A stretch of DNA of 61,443 nt, filler included, from 4 parts of 4 records of this genome joined end to end with filler, not necessarily neighbours in it, one strand, 5' to 3'; counted from the whole stretch's first letter, positions 9,356-19,477 are shown. Translations and numbers: made by a program. Notes: generated by a model not told the origin, from the sequence alone.

Positions 9356-10204
9356 ATGAAGCTGTTGCGGTATGGCGCGCCGGGTGCCGAAAAGCCGGGG
9401 ATTCTGGATGCCGACGGGAAGATCCGCGATCTCTCCGGCATTGTCGGCGATATCGACGGTGCAGCGCTCAGCCCCGAGGGCCTGGCGAAAATCAAGGCGG
9501 CGGACATCGCGTCCCTGCCGGTGGTCGATGGTGATCCGCGTCTCGGCGCCTGTGTCGGCAAGGTCGGCAAGATGATCTGCGTCGGCCTGAACTACAGCGA
9601 TCACGCCGCCGAGTCCGGTATGGATGTGCCGCCGGAGCCGATCATTTTCATGAAGGCCACCTCCGCGATCTGCGGTCCGAACGACGATACAGTCGTGCCG
9701 CGCGCTTCCAAGAAGCTGGATTACGAAGTCGAGCTCGGCATCGTCATCGGCAAGAAGGCGAAATATGTCTCCGAAGCCGATGCGCTGGATTATGTCGCCG
9801 GTTATTGCGTGGTGAATGACGTCTCCGAGCGTGAGTTCCAGGCGGAACGTTCCGGCCAATGGACCAAGGGCAAGAGCTGCGACACGTTCGGCCCGACCGG
9901 CCCGTGGATGGTGACAAAGGACGAGATCCCTGATCCGCAGGCGCTTGGCATCTGGGCCAAGGTCAATGGCGAGACCCGGCAGGACGGCAATACCAACACC
10001 ATGGTCTATGGCCCGGCCTTCCTGGTGCATTATCTCAGCCAGTTCTTCACCCTGGAGCCGGGCGACGTGATCCCGACCGGTACCCCGCCGGGCGTCGGCA
10101 TGGGCTTCAAGCCGGAGCCGAAATACCTGAAGGCCGGTGATGTGGTTGAACTCGGTATCGACGGTCTCGGCGTGCAGCGCCAGACCTGCGTCGCCGACAA
10201 CTAA
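9356..10204 (+). CDS. Fumarylacetoacetate hydrolase family protein
   Basis: CVGLNYSDH, DYEVELG, NDVSER, KGKSCDTFGP and TGTPPGVG; start MKLLRYG at 9356. Confidence 0.92.
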   Translation: MKLLRYGAPGAEKPGILDADGKIRDLSGIVGDIDGAALSPEGLAKIKAADIASLPVVDGDPRLGACVGKVGKMICVGLNYSDHAAESGMDVPPEPIIFMKATSAICGPNDDTVVPRASKKLDYEVELGIVIGKKAKYVSEADALDYVAGYCVVNDVSEREFQAERSGQWTKGKSCDTFGPTGPWMVTKDEIPDPQALGIWAKVNGETRQDGNTNTMVYGPAFLVHYLSQFFTLEPGDVIPTGTPPGVGMGFKPEPKYLKAGDVVELGIDGLGVQRQTCVADN

Positions 10205-10229
10205 GGCCGCCGAAACGGGGAAGATGACC

Positions 10230-10976
10230 ATGGTGAGTTACGATTTTGCAAAACGGGCCGCCGTGGTCACCGGCGGCGCGCGTGGTATTGGCAAGGCGGT
10301 CGCAGCCCGTCTTGCCGCCTCCGGCGCGTCCGTCAGCCTGTGGGATGCGGACGGCGACAAGCTGGCGGAAACCGCGGCTGAACTAGGCGGTAATATCCAT
10401 ACGTCGGTGGTCGATATCACGGACGATTCCGCCGTTGACCGCTCGGCGGCGGAGGTCGAGCGGGAATTCGGCCGGCTCGATATCATGGTGAACAGCGCGG
10501 GCATTACCGGTCCGAACACGAACACCTGGCAGTATGGCGTCGCCGACTGGCGCCGGGTGATCGATATCGATCTGAACGGCACCTTTCTGTGCTGCCGGGC
10601 GGTGGTGCCCTACATGCTGCGCAACAATTACGGGCGCATCGTCAATATCGCCTCGGTGGCCGGCAAGGAGGGTAACCCCAACGCGCCCGCCTACAGCGCG
10701 GCCAAGGCAGGCGTGATCGGCCTGACCAAATCCCTCGGCAAGGAGCTGGCGGAAACCGGCGTCACGGTGAACTGCGTCACCCCGGCGGCCGTGAAGACCG
10801 ATATTTTCGATCAGATGACCGAGGAGCATATCAATTTCATGCTCTCGAAAATTCCGATGAAGCGGTTCGGACAGGTCGAGGAAATCGCCAATCTCGTGGC
10901 CTGGTTGAGCTCCGAGGATTGCACCTTCAGCACCGGTGGCGTATTCGATTGTTCGGGAGGGCGCGCGACCTATTGA
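10230..10976 (+). CDS. Short-chain dehydrogenase (LRA5-like 2-keto-3-deoxy sugar-acid dehydrogenase)
   Basis: TGGARGIG, NSAG, ASVAGKEGNPN and YSAAK; directly follows the FAH gene. Confidence 0.85.
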   Translation: MVSYDFAKRAAVVTGGARGIGKAVAARLAASGASVSLWDADGDKLAETAAELGGNIHTSVVDITDDSAVDRSAAEVEREFGRLDIMVNSAGITGPNTNTWQYGVADWRRVIDIDLNGTFLCCRAVVPYMLRNNYGRIVNIASVAGKEGNPNAPAYSAAKAGVIGLTKSLGKELAETGVTVNCVTPAAVKTDIFDQMTEEHINFMLSKIPMKRFGQVEEIANLVAWLSSEDCTFSTGGVFDCSGGRATY

Positions 10977-11015
10977 GGTCCGTTCCCAAGAGGCGCAGAG
11001 GCAGGGTGGCAGGCC

Positions 11016-11432
11016 ATGAGTCGGGCCCGGCAGACTGAAATCATGATCCGGAACGAGGCGTTCTACACCGCCTTCACCACCCGGGACCTTGCGGCGATGG
11101 AAGGCCTCTGGGCATCCGAGATGCATGTCAGCTGCATCCATCCGGGCGCCGCGCCGCTGTTCGGGCGGGAGGCGGTGATGGAAAGCTGGGCCCGGATCCT
11201 TTCCAGCCCGGTTCGTGCCTCCCTGCAGTGCCTCGAGCCCAGAATTCATCTGCTGCGTGACGATCTTGCCATTCTGGTCTGTTTCGAGCGTCTTGGCGCC
11301 GAGACCCTGACCGCAACCAATATATTTGCCTTTGAGAATGCTGACTGGATGCTGGTGCATCATCAGTCCGGCCCGCTGGCCGCCGAGGCCATCACGGCGG
11401 CCGATATTCCGGCCCCCCGATTGCTGCAATAG
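11016..11432 (+). CDS. SnoaL/NTF2-like protein
   Basis: NEAFYTAF, CIHPG, ATNIF and WMLVHHQS pattern. Confidence 0.85.
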   Translation: MSRARQTEIMIRNEAFYTAFTTRDLAAMEGLWASEMHVSCIHPGAAPLFGREAVMESWARILSSPVRASLQCLEPRIHLLRDDLAILVCFERLGAETLTATNIFAFENADWMLVHHQSGPLAAEAITAADIPAPRLLQ

Positions 11433-11524
11433 GGCGCGGACGGCCCAGCCGTCACGGGGTATTTATTTCCCTGGAGCCTGAATTCATGTCACCCCGACGG
11501 AAAGCACGGTCAGGGAGAGAAGAC

Positions 11525-12031
11525 ATGATCCGCTTACGCCTCGTTCTGCCCGGGTTTTGCATGGCCGTGCTGTGCATGCTCATGTTGAGCACGGCACTGG
11601 CTCCCGCACCGGTCCGGGCGGAGATAACGGCGCCTTACTCCGGCACGGTCACCGTCGCGACGGACAAGCCGTTTGGTTCTTTCGTCAAGGCATTGTCCGG
11701 CGCAATCAAGGCGAGGGGCTTTAACATCGTCGGGCTTGCCTGCGCCACCTGCGCGGCGCAGTCACAGGGCGTGACCATTCCGGGGAACCGGGTGTTCCTC
11801 TTCTTCAAACCGGCCTATGCCGTGCGCATGCTGGCTGCTTCGGAAGCCGCGGGGATAGAAGCGCCGATCCGGCTCTACGTGACAGAAGCGGGCGACGGCA
11901 TGGCGGCCGTGACCTACCGGCTGCCTTCGCATGTTTTCGGGGCTTATCAGGTGCCGGCACTCGATGTGCTCGGCGCGGAACTGGATGCGGATGTGGAGGC
12001 TGTTCTTTCCGCCGCGAAAGCGGGAAGCTGA
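11525..12031 (+). CDS. Secreted DUF302-family protein
   Basis: Signal peptide, AVRMLAASEAAGIEAPIRLYV, YRLPS and a CATC motif. Confidence 0.75.
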   Translation: MIRLRLVLPGFCMAVLCMLMLSTALAPAPVRAEITAPYSGTVTVATDKPFGSFVKALSGAIKARGFNIVGLACATCAAQSQGVTIPGNRVFLFFKPAYAVRMLAASEAAGIEAPIRLYVTEAGDGMAAVTYRLPSHVFGAYQVPALDVLGAELDADVEAVLSAAKAGS

Positions 12032-12233
12032 AACGAGCTCCAGCAGCGCCTGCTTTTTTGCCTTGCCGACAAAATGCTCTGAATCCGACGCCGGTTTTCA
12101 GTAGGCGACAAAAATTATAAATTTATTAAGGCGTTATCGATTCCTTAGCCGTCAGATGGCCGTTTTTTGCATGCCTCAATCGGCGGTTGCGGGCGTAGCC
12201 TTGAAGAATTGTTGCCGCCCGAAAGCCGAGCTC

Positions 12234-13151
12234 ATGCCCGCTGCTCTTCCCGTTGTCGCTGCCTCCGCCGGATATGGACGGGGGATTGCCTGCCAGCTCA
12301 CTGCCGTCTTCCTGTTCGCGATAATGGGTATTCTGGTGAAGGGGCTTGGCGACTCCTACCCGACATCGCAGATCATCTTCTTCCGGAGCCTGCCGGCATT
12401 GCTGCCGCTGTTTCTGTACCTTCCGGCGCAGGGTGGCTGGCGCGCGCTGCTGACCAGGCGGCCGGACCTGCAATTCGTCCGGGCGAGCATCGGTGTCGCC
12501 TCCATGTTCGCGGGTTTTTACGCGCTCTCCCAGATGGATTTCGCGACCTACGTTACGATCAGCTTCTCGGCGCCGTTGTTTGGTACATTGCTGGCCATCC
12601 CGTTTCTGGGTGAGAAAGTTGGTTTCAAGCGTCTTGCCGCCGTACTGACCGGCTTTGCAGGTGTGGCGCTGGCCGCCGCTCCGGATGGCAGCGGGATCAG
12701 CCTTTATGCCCTGCTCGCGCTCGCCGCGGCTTTTGCCTATGGCTCCATCATGGTGGTCATGCGCAAGCTCGGCAGCGTCGACCGGAGCGCGGCGACGGTG
12801 TTCTATTTCACTCTCGCGGGCGTGGTCGTTGGCGGCACGATCATGTTGTTCGAATGGGTAACGCCGACCTTTGTCGATCTCGCCCTGCTGATCGGTGTCG
12901 GCATTATTGGTGGTGTCGCGCAGATGTTCATGACGGAAGCCTTCCGTCAGGCGCCAACTTCGGTCATTGCTCCGTTCGACTATACGGCCATGCTCTGGGC
13001 TGCGACGCTCGGCTATCTGGTGTTCGGCAACATTCCGTCGAACCAGGTGATCGCCGGCGCCAGCATCATCTGCTGCGCCGGCCTTTTCATCCTCTATCGC
13101 GAGACCAAGCTGGGCCTGAAGAAGCCGAAGCTGAAACGCTCCAGCCTCTAG
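12234..13151 (+). CDS. DMT/EamA family transporter
   Basis: About ten hydrophobic segments; QIIFFRS, FLGEKVG and IAPFDYT. Confidence 0.9.
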   Translation: MPAALPVVAASAGYGRGIACQLTAVFLFAIMGILVKGLGDSYPTSQIIFFRSLPALLPLFLYLPAQGGWRALLTRRPDLQFVRASIGVASMFAGFYALSQMDFATYVTISFSAPLFGTLLAIPFLGEKVGFKRLAAVLTGFAGVALAAAPDGSGISLYALLALAAAFAYGSIMVVMRKLGSVDRSAATVFYFTLAGVVVGGTIMLFEWVTPTFVDLALLIGVGIIGGVAQMFMTEAFRQAPTSVIAPFDYTAMLWAATLGYLVFGNIPSNQVIAGASIICCAGLFILYRETKLGLKKPKLKRSSL

Positions 13152-13160
13152 GTATTCCGG

Positions 13161-14978
13161 TCAGTCTGTAACGCCGGTCAGGGCGGCGTGATGCCGCAGG
13201 AAACGTTCGCTGGTGCTCGTTGGATTCATGCGTCGGTCGAAGAGGCCGAAGCGCGGGAAATAGCCGCGATCCACGTCGTTCAGCGTGTCGAGAATGATTT
13301 CCCCGTCACCGACTTTCGTTGCCGCGTTCAGCGCATCGACAGCCATCGCTGCCGCATCTTCCCGGCTGCCGCTCAGGGCCGCGGGGTTCGGGCCGCCCAT
13401 CTTGACCGTCAGGCTGAGAGCAAGGCCGCGCCGTTTCGTTTCCGTCATGAGCCCATCGATCAGGCTGCACGGGAAAGTTTCGCGTTCTGTCTCGAATACC
13501 ACACCATCGACATAAGGATCGTCGCCTGCGGTAAGGCCGAGTGTATCGAGCAGATCCAACTCGTCCGGCGCGAAGCCATGATCAATGACATGGGCAAAGC
13601 GCCCGTCGACAGAGTGACTGTGATCGGCCGAGGAGCGCAGCGGCGAGAGGAAGACCCGAAGGCCGGTCTCCTCGCGCAATGCCCGCAGTTCCTCCCGTGC
13701 GCCCAGAACCTCGTCGACCGGCAGGATGATGTTGACTTGCTCGAGCAGAGTGTTGGCCTCGCGCAGGCGTTTCCTGTTCTCCGGCGAGGGCAGGCGGAAG
13801 AGAAATGTGGAGAAGCGGAAGCCGCTCTTGCTCAGAACTTCCACCCGCGCGCGGCTCACCGGATCGCGAATATCTTCGAACGGAATGCGGAGCCTGGAAA
13901 GCCCGGTCTCCCAAAGCGCGAGCAGCCGGTAATCATCGCGTGCCGGTTTCCGGCCAAAGGCGTCGACCACGCCTGAATAGGCAATATCGATTGGACACGC
14001 CCAGGGATCGCGAAGCTCGACGCCGATTGGCAGAAGGGCGTCCTGTTTCGGGTGCAGGCGCGGCGGTAGCGGCGTGGAAGGCGCGGGCGCATTCTCGCCT
14101 TGGGTCTCACCATGACTCCGGATGTGGTGCAGCACATGGCCGTGTTCGAATACTTCGATATAGACAAAGCCCAGCTTGGCGGCATCGTTGCGGCCGAATT
14201 CGTCGGCTCCGGGCGGCGGAACCTTGAAGAGTTCCGAATAGTCGAGACGCAGGGCGCTGACCGCAGGCAGGACATAAAGCTCGGTATCGCCGTCCCGCTC
14301 GTAGAAGAAGGTGTGGATATGGCCGGACATCCACGCTTCAACCTTGTATTTCTGCAGCAGGGCACGCATGCGGCTGCGTCCGGGTTCGGCCGTGTTGTCG
14401 TAATGCTCTTCCTCGTCCGGGTCCGACACCCAGAGCGGTTGGTGGCCGTACAGGAAGAGCCGCATGTCCTTGTGCGCCTCGAGCTGTTCCTCAAGCCAGG
14501 CCCATTGCGCTGTCTCGCGCTCGCTGCCGGTGTTGATGATCTGGCTGTTTACCAGGATGAAATGCACCGGGCCGTGGCTAAAGGCGGCGTAATCGATTCC
14601 AAAATGGTCACGATACTGCTCGACGAACGCATCGGTGCAGCATTTTGCAGGGGTCCAGATCGCCGGCTTGTCGCCGATATCGTGGTTTCCGGGAACCAGA
14701 TGAAGCGGCGCTTTCAGCGAGGCAAAAATCTCGTCGAAGCGTTTGGCGGCGGCGCTGTAGCTGGCTTGGTCAGGCGTCGGGTGGACCATGTCGCCGAGAT
14801 GGATCACGAAATCAGGCTCAAGCGCGTTGACCCGGGCGACAGCTGCGCGCGCCCGTTCGTTTGCTAATCCATTCGACTGCCATGGTGAGGGAGTTACGCC
14901 GTCCACCGGGCCGATATGGGTGTCGGAAACGACCGCGAAGGTGAAGATAGGCTCGTTGCCTGTCGCGCTTTCGCTCAT
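13161..14978 (-). CDS. Calcineurin-like metallophosphoesterase with a long C-terminal extension
   Basis: SDTH, HLGD, PGNHD, GH and SGHIH metal motifs in the N-terminal half; C-terminal ~300 aa not recognised. Confidence 0.85.
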   Translation of the reverse strand: MSESATGNEPIFTFAVVSDTHIGPVDGVTPSPWQSNGLANERARAAVARVNALEPDFVIHLGDMVHPTPDQASYSAAAKRFDEIFASLKAPLHLVPGNHDIGDKPAIWTPAKCCTDAFVEQYRDHFGIDYAAFSHGPVHFILVNSQIINTGSERETAQWAWLEEQLEAHKDMRLFLYGHQPLWVSDPDEEEHYDNTAEPGRSRMRALLQKYKVEAWMSGHIHTFFYERDGDTELYVLPAVSALRLDYSELFKVPPPGADEFGRNDAAKLGFVYIEVFEHGHVLHHIRSHGETQGENAPAPSTPLPPRLHPKQDALLPIGVELRDPWACPIDIAYSGVVDAFGRKPARDDYRLLALWETGLSRLRIPFEDIRDPVSRARVEVLSKSGFRFSTFLFRLPSPENRKRLREANTLLEQVNIILPVDEVLGAREELRALREETGLRVFLSPLRSSADHSHSVDGRFAHVIDHGFAPDELDLLDTLGLTAGDDPYVDGVVFETERETFPCSLIDGLMTETKRRGLALSLTVKMGGPNPAALSGSREDAAAMAVDALNAATKVGDGEIILDTLNDVDRGYFPRFGLFDRRMNPTSTSERFLRHHAALTGVTD

Positions 14979-15042
14979 TGAAGGCTCTCTTCCCTGTTGA
15001 TTTTGCACATTTCGTGAGGTCGCTCTTGACAAGCGCCTAAGA

Positions 15043-15060
15043 CATTATGTTTTCATAATG
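15043..15060. promoter_or_regulatory. Candidate operator for the local GntR regulator
   Basis: CATTATG-TTTT-CATAATG palindrome followed by another CATAAT; lies just after TTGACA (15026-15031) in the divergent intergenic region. Confidence 0.5.
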
Positions 15061-15127
15061 ACATAATAGGTTAAAATCAAGAACGGCGAAAAACGCCTCT
15101 TTCCACACCGTGAACAGGAGTGCTCAC

Positions 15128-16081
15128 ATGTTTAGAAAGACTTTGGCTGCAGGGGCGCTTGCCCTGACAATGATGACGCCGGCCATCGCGGATGATTTCC
15201 CGACGAAACCTGTGGAAATGATCGTGAACTTTGGTGCAGGCGGCTCGACCGACACGGTCGCCCGACTGCTGGCCGAGAAGATCAAGGCTGAACTCGGTCA
15301 GAATGTTGTCGTCTCGAATACGAGTGGTGCAGGTGGGACCCTTGGCGTTGCGGCGACAGCCGACAAGCCGGCAGACGGTTATCACATAGGCACTGCCAAT
15401 ATGCCGGCTCTGGTCATTCTGCCGCAGTTGCGCGAGATGCCCTACAAGCTGTCTGACGTGGTTCAGGTCGCTGCCGTGATGCCCTACGATTACGGTATCT
15501 TCGCAAAGCTGGATGCGCCCTACGATACCTGGGAAGAGCTGGTCGCCTATGCCAAGGAGAATCCCGGCGAGGTCACGTATGGCAGTGTCGGTACCGGCAC
15601 GACCAATCATCTGGTGATGGAGCGGATCGCAAAGGAAATCGGTATTAGCTGGCGGCATGTGCCCTTCAAAGGCGGCGCCAAGGCTGTCGCGGCACTAGTC
15701 GGTGGCCATGTCGATCTCATCAACAATACGATCGGGCCGGTTCTGCAGTCGGTCAAGGGAGGCAAGGTCAAGCCGATCCTGGTGACCAGCGCCCGTCCCT
15801 TCACACAGATCCCCGATATGCCGGTGATTCTGGATAAGGGATTTGATTTTGCCCAGCTCTCTTACATGTCGATCATCGCTCCGGCGGGAATTCCGCAAGA
15901 TGTCCGTACCAAGCTGGAAGCGGCGGTAAAGGCAGCGGCTGAAGATCCGGAAGTGCTTGCCGCGGCTGCCAAGCTTGATCTCTTTCCTGCCTATATGCCG
16001 GGTGCCGAATATGAGGCCAAGCTGATGGAAATGGGTGAAGAATGGGGTGTCTTGCTGAAAGAGCTCGGCTTGGTGAAATAA
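15128..16081 (+). CDS. tctC: Tripartite tricarboxylate transporter substrate-binding protein (TctC/Bug)
   Basis: Signal peptide, FPTKPVEMIV, GAGGSTD, GAGG, ADGY and HVPFKGG; CAGGAG RBS. Confidence 0.92.
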   Translation: MFRKTLAAGALALTMMTPAIADDFPTKPVEMIVNFGAGGSTDTVARLLAEKIKAELGQNVVVSNTSGAGGTLGVAATADKPADGYHIGTANMPALVILPQLREMPYKLSDVVQVAAVMPYDYGIFAKLDAPYDTWEELVAYAKENPGEVTYGSVGTGTTNHLVMERIAKEIGISWRHVPFKGGAKAVAALVGGHVDLINNTIGPVLQSVKGGKVKPILVTSARPFTQIPDMPVILDKGFDFAQLSYMSIIAPAGIPQDVRTKLEAAVKAAAEDPEVLAAAAKLDLFPAYMPGAEYEAKLMEMGEEWGVLLKELGLVK

Positions 16082-16118
16082 CCAAGACCACGGATCAAAC
16101 CTGATTGAAGGACAGCTC

Positions 16119-16583
16119 ATGCGCACAATCCATTCTGACCTCTGGGTAGGTCTTGGCCTGGGTCTGTTTGCCGGGTTCGTGCTCTGGGCTGTCCGTACCG
16201 GGATCGGACCCTTTGATTATGAGGCGTCAATCCTTCCCGGTATCGGGGCCGGAAGTTTGTTGCTGTTCTCGGCTACTTTGATGGCATCGGCACTTGGCGA
16301 TGTAAAAGGCCGAGACAGCAGCGATCCCGATCATGAGGAGTCGCTTGACGGGCTCCGCCTTCTGCGGCTTGCCGGGGCGGCGGGACTCGTCGGCCTGCAT
16401 GTCATGCTGCTGGAGAGTTTCGGCATCGTTCTGGTCGGAATCAGTCTGCAATTCTGTCTCTATCTCTTGCTCGGCCGCCGATTGTTACCTGCTGCGGTGA
16501 CGTCCGGACTGACTGTTGCCGTGCTCTATGTCGTGATCGACATGCTGCTCGGTATTCCGCTTCCAAAAGGGGATCTCTGGTAA
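16119..16583 (+). CDS. tctB: TTT small membrane subunit TctB
   Basis: Four to five TM segments and C-terminal LGIPLPKG; lies between tctC and tctA. Confidence 0.85.
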   Translation: MRTIHSDLWVGLGLGLFAGFVLWAVRTGIGPFDYEASILPGIGAGSLLLFSATLMASALGDVKGRDSSDPDHEESLDGLRLLRLAGAAGLVGLHVMLLESFGIVLVGISLQFCLYLLLGRRLLPAAVTSGLTVAVLYVVIDMLLGIPLPKGDLW

Positions 16584-16585
16584 CA

Positions 16586-18094
16586 ATGGACGTATCAATC
16601 CTTGGAGTCCTCGCCGACGCCTTTGCCACCGCTTTGCTCCCTACCAATCTGCTGGCGGTCTGTCTCGGTGTCGCCGCCGGTGTTTTCCTCGGGGCTATTC
16701 CGGGGCTTTCGGGAACCATGGCGATTGCGCTGATGATCCCGCTGACGTTCCACTGGTCGCCGCTCTTTTCGATCGCGATCCTGATGGGCTGCTGGAAAGG
16801 CAGCGTCTTCGGCGGTTCGATCTCCGCCATCTTGCTGAACACACCGGGCACGCCGGAGGCGGCGCCGACCGCAGCGGACGGCTATCCGCTTGCGCGCCAG
16901 GGCAAGGCCATGCAGGCGATGACGATGGCGCTGGTTGCGTCGGTCGCCGGGGCGTTGTTTTCGGACGGGCTGCTTTTCATCGGTGCGCCCGCGATTTCGG
17001 AACTGGCGGTGAAATTCGGCCCGGCCGACCTTACCTCGCTGATTCTGATGTCCCTTATCATCGTCTCCGGTACGGGCAGCTCGTCCGTATTGAAGGGCCT
17101 GATGGCGACAAGTATCGGTCTCATTCTCGGCTCGATCGGACTCGACCCGATGACGGCCGAACGCCGTTTGACCTTCGGGTTTCATCATCTCGACCAGGGG
17201 CTTGATTTGCTGGCCATGACAATTGGCCTGCTGGTTCTCTCCGAGGTCTTCGTGCAGTTTCGTGAAATCCTTGCCAACCGTGGTGCAGCGGCTGCACCGG
17301 TGCCGACAAAGCTCGGCGGTGTCTGGCTTTCCTTCCGGGATATCAAGCGTTCCGCTGGCGTGATTTTCCGGTCCAGCATCATTGGGTCGGTGTGCGGGGC
17401 GCTGCCTGGTGTCGGCAGTATCACCGCGGCCTTCATGGGTTACGATCAGGCCAAGGTCACTTCCGGTCATCCGGAAACCTTCGGCAAGGGTGAACTGAAG
17501 GGCGTCGCGGCAGCCGAGTCGGCGAATAACGCAGTTTGCGGCACTGCTTTGGTGCCGATGATCACGCTGGGTATTCCGGGCTCTCTCTCTGTCGCCATCA
17601 TCATGGGGGCGTTCATGATCCATGGGCTGGCCCCGGGGCCGCTGCTGATGACGGAGGAGCCGGAATTCGTCTATGCCCTGTTCGCGCTCCTGCTGATCTC
17701 CGACATCATGCTGCTCCTTATTCCGTTACCTCTGCTGCCACTCGCGGCACGGCTCGGTTCCCTGCCGCGCGCCTATCTGTTGCCGCCGATTGCCTTTTTC
17801 TGCTTTGTCGGGGCTTTCAGCACCAATCAGAGCGTATTTGATGTGAAGGTGATGGTGATTTTCGCGTTGATTGGTTATCTCTTCAAAAAATGGGGAATTA
17901 GCCCGGCGGCTTTGCTCATCGCGTTCATTCTTGGTCCGATGGCGGAAGGGAACCTGCGTCTGGCCCTGACCCTGTCGGGCGGTGATGCGTCTGTTTTCGT
18001 GACCCGGCCGTTCAGTGCGATTTTTCTGGCTGTGGCTGTGGCGTCGCTGATCTGGATGAGTGTTCGCCGCCGGAAGTATGTCGAGGCGGGATAA
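16586..18094 (+). CDS. tctA: TTT large membrane subunit TctA
   Basis: GAIPGL, GGSISAILLNTPGTP, DGYPLA, ESANNA and TLGIPGS. Confidence 0.94.
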   Translation: MDVSILGVLADAFATALLPTNLLAVCLGVAAGVFLGAIPGLSGTMAIALMIPLTFHWSPLFSIAILMGCWKGSVFGGSISAILLNTPGTPEAAPTAADGYPLARQGKAMQAMTMALVASVAGALFSDGLLFIGAPAISELAVKFGPADLTSLILMSLIIVSGTGSSSVLKGLMATSIGLILGSIGLDPMTAERRLTFGFHHLDQGLDLLAMTIGLLVLSEVFVQFREILANRGAAAAPVPTKLGGVWLSFRDIKRSAGVIFRSSIIGSVCGALPGVGSITAAFMGYDQAKVTSGHPETFGKGELKGVAAAESANNAVCGTALVPMITLGIPGSLSVAIIMGAFMIHGLAPGPLLMTEEPEFVYALFALLLISDIMLLLIPLPLLPLAARLGSLPRAYLLPPIAFFCFVGAFSTNQSVFDVKVMVIFALIGYLFKKWGISPAALLIAFILGPMAEGNLRLALTLSGGDASVFVTRPFSAIFLAVAVASLIWMSVRRRKYVEAG

Positions 18095-18111
18095 TAAGCG
18101 GTCACACAAGA

Positions 18112-18870
18112 ATGACCTTAGGGGATGAAATGCAAAGACAGCCCGTGACGAGGCTGGGGGACGTGAAACTCTATGGTCTGGTCTGCGACGGTCTCCGCCG
18201 GCAGATTCGTTCCGGTGCGTTGAAACCGGGCGACCGGCTCCCATCACTTGACCAGCTCGCTGCTGATTTCGGAGTTTCATTGATCACGGTGCGGAAGGCC
18301 GTGGAGATCCTTGAGGGCGAGCGTTTGTTGGAACGCCAGCAAGGCCGCGGCACGTTTGTCGCGAAGACCGGGGATGCCCGTGAATGGCTTCGTCTCAGCA
18401 CGACCTGGTCGGACCTGATGCAGGGCTATGCTGATACGCGGGATCAGATGGAGAACGAGGTACTGAACCTGCGCGAGGATTTGCATCCGACGTTCGCGGG
18501 CTGGACAGCAGACGAACTCGCTGAGAGCTATGTCTTCATGCGGCGGCGTCACCTTGTCGAGGGTTTGGCCTACGCCTATACGGATCTCTATCTTGATCAG
18601 GAGCTTTATTACCAGGCGCCCGAGGCCTTTCAGACTGACATGGTGCTCCGTGTGCTCGGCGGCCTTGAGGGGCTGGAGATTGCCGCCGCGACACAGAGTG
18701 TGACCATCGGCAGTGCGCAACCGGAAACAGCCGGGATCCTCAACCTGATCGTCGGGGCGCCGGTGGGCGAACTGTTGCGTGAAGTAACCAGTGTTGACGG
18801 ACGGCTGGTCTATCATGGCGAGGTGGTCTATCGCGGCGACCTGGTCAGGATAGATACGCGGTTGATCTGA
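18112..18870 (+). CDS. GntR (HutC/UTRA) transcriptional regulator
   Basis: GDRLPS..QLAADFGVSLITVRKA..QGRGTFV HTH plus UTRA-like C-terminus; the start may be 18130. Confidence 0.9.
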   Translation: MTLGDEMQRQPVTRLGDVKLYGLVCDGLRRQIRSGALKPGDRLPSLDQLAADFGVSLITVRKAVEILEGERLLERQQGRGTFVAKTGDAREWLRLSTTWSDLMQGYADTRDQMENEVLNLREDLHPTFAGWTADELAESYVFMRRRHLVEGLAYAYTDLYLDQELYYQAPEAFQTDMVLRVLGGLEGLEIAAATQSVTIGSAQPETAGILNLIVGAPVGELLREVTSVDGRLVYHGEVVYRGDLVRIDTRLI

Positions 18871-18877
18871 TTTCGGT

Positions 18878-19477
18878 CTAGTCGAGCAGTCTCGCCACCT
18901 CCGCCCGGAGATAAGGCAGAATTTCGTCTTCGATCCACGGGTTTTTCTTCAGGATATTGCCGCTGCGCCAGCTCGGATGCGGCAGTGGAAGATAGAGCGG
19001 TGCATAGTCACGCCAGCTCCGGGCGGTTTCCGTCAGAGTCTTCTTCCGGGCTTTCCCGAGATATTCCTTCTGGGCATACATACCGGCCAGGATGGTCAGC
19101 TCGATTTCCGGCATATGGCCGAGCAGTTCCCCGTGCCATTGCGGCGCGCATTCGGGACGCGGCGGGGCATCGCCTCCATTCGGCAGTACCCCCGGATAGC
19201 AGAACCCCATCGGCATGATGGCGATCCGTTCGGAAGTGTAGAACGTCTCCCGGTCCAGCCCCATCCATTCCCGCAGCCGGTCGCCGGAGCGGTCGTTCCA
19301 GGGAATGCCACTCTCATGCACTTTCGTTCCGGGCGCCTGACCGATGATCAGGATGCGGGCGCCGGGGCGGGGCACGACGACGGGGCGTGGGCCGAGCGGC
19401 AGGTGGTCCGCACAGATGCGGCAGGCGGAAACGCGTTCCAGCAGGGAGGTTAGCGCGCAGGCAGGCTGTTCAGACAC
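18878..19477 (-). CDS. Uracil-DNA glycosylase family protein
   Basis: IGQAPG, PWNDRSGDRLR, PMGFCYPG, PPRPEC and PLPHPSWR. Confidence 0.9.
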   Translation of the reverse strand: MSEQPACALTSLLERVSACRICADHLPLGPRPVVVPRPGARILIIGQAPGTKVHESGIPWNDRSGDRLREWMGLDRETFYTSERIAIMPMGFCYPGVLPNGGDAPPRPECAPQWHGELLGHMPEIELTILAGMYAQKEYLGKARKKTLTETARSWRDYAPLYLPLPHPSWRSGNILKKNPWIEDEILPYLRAEVARLLD

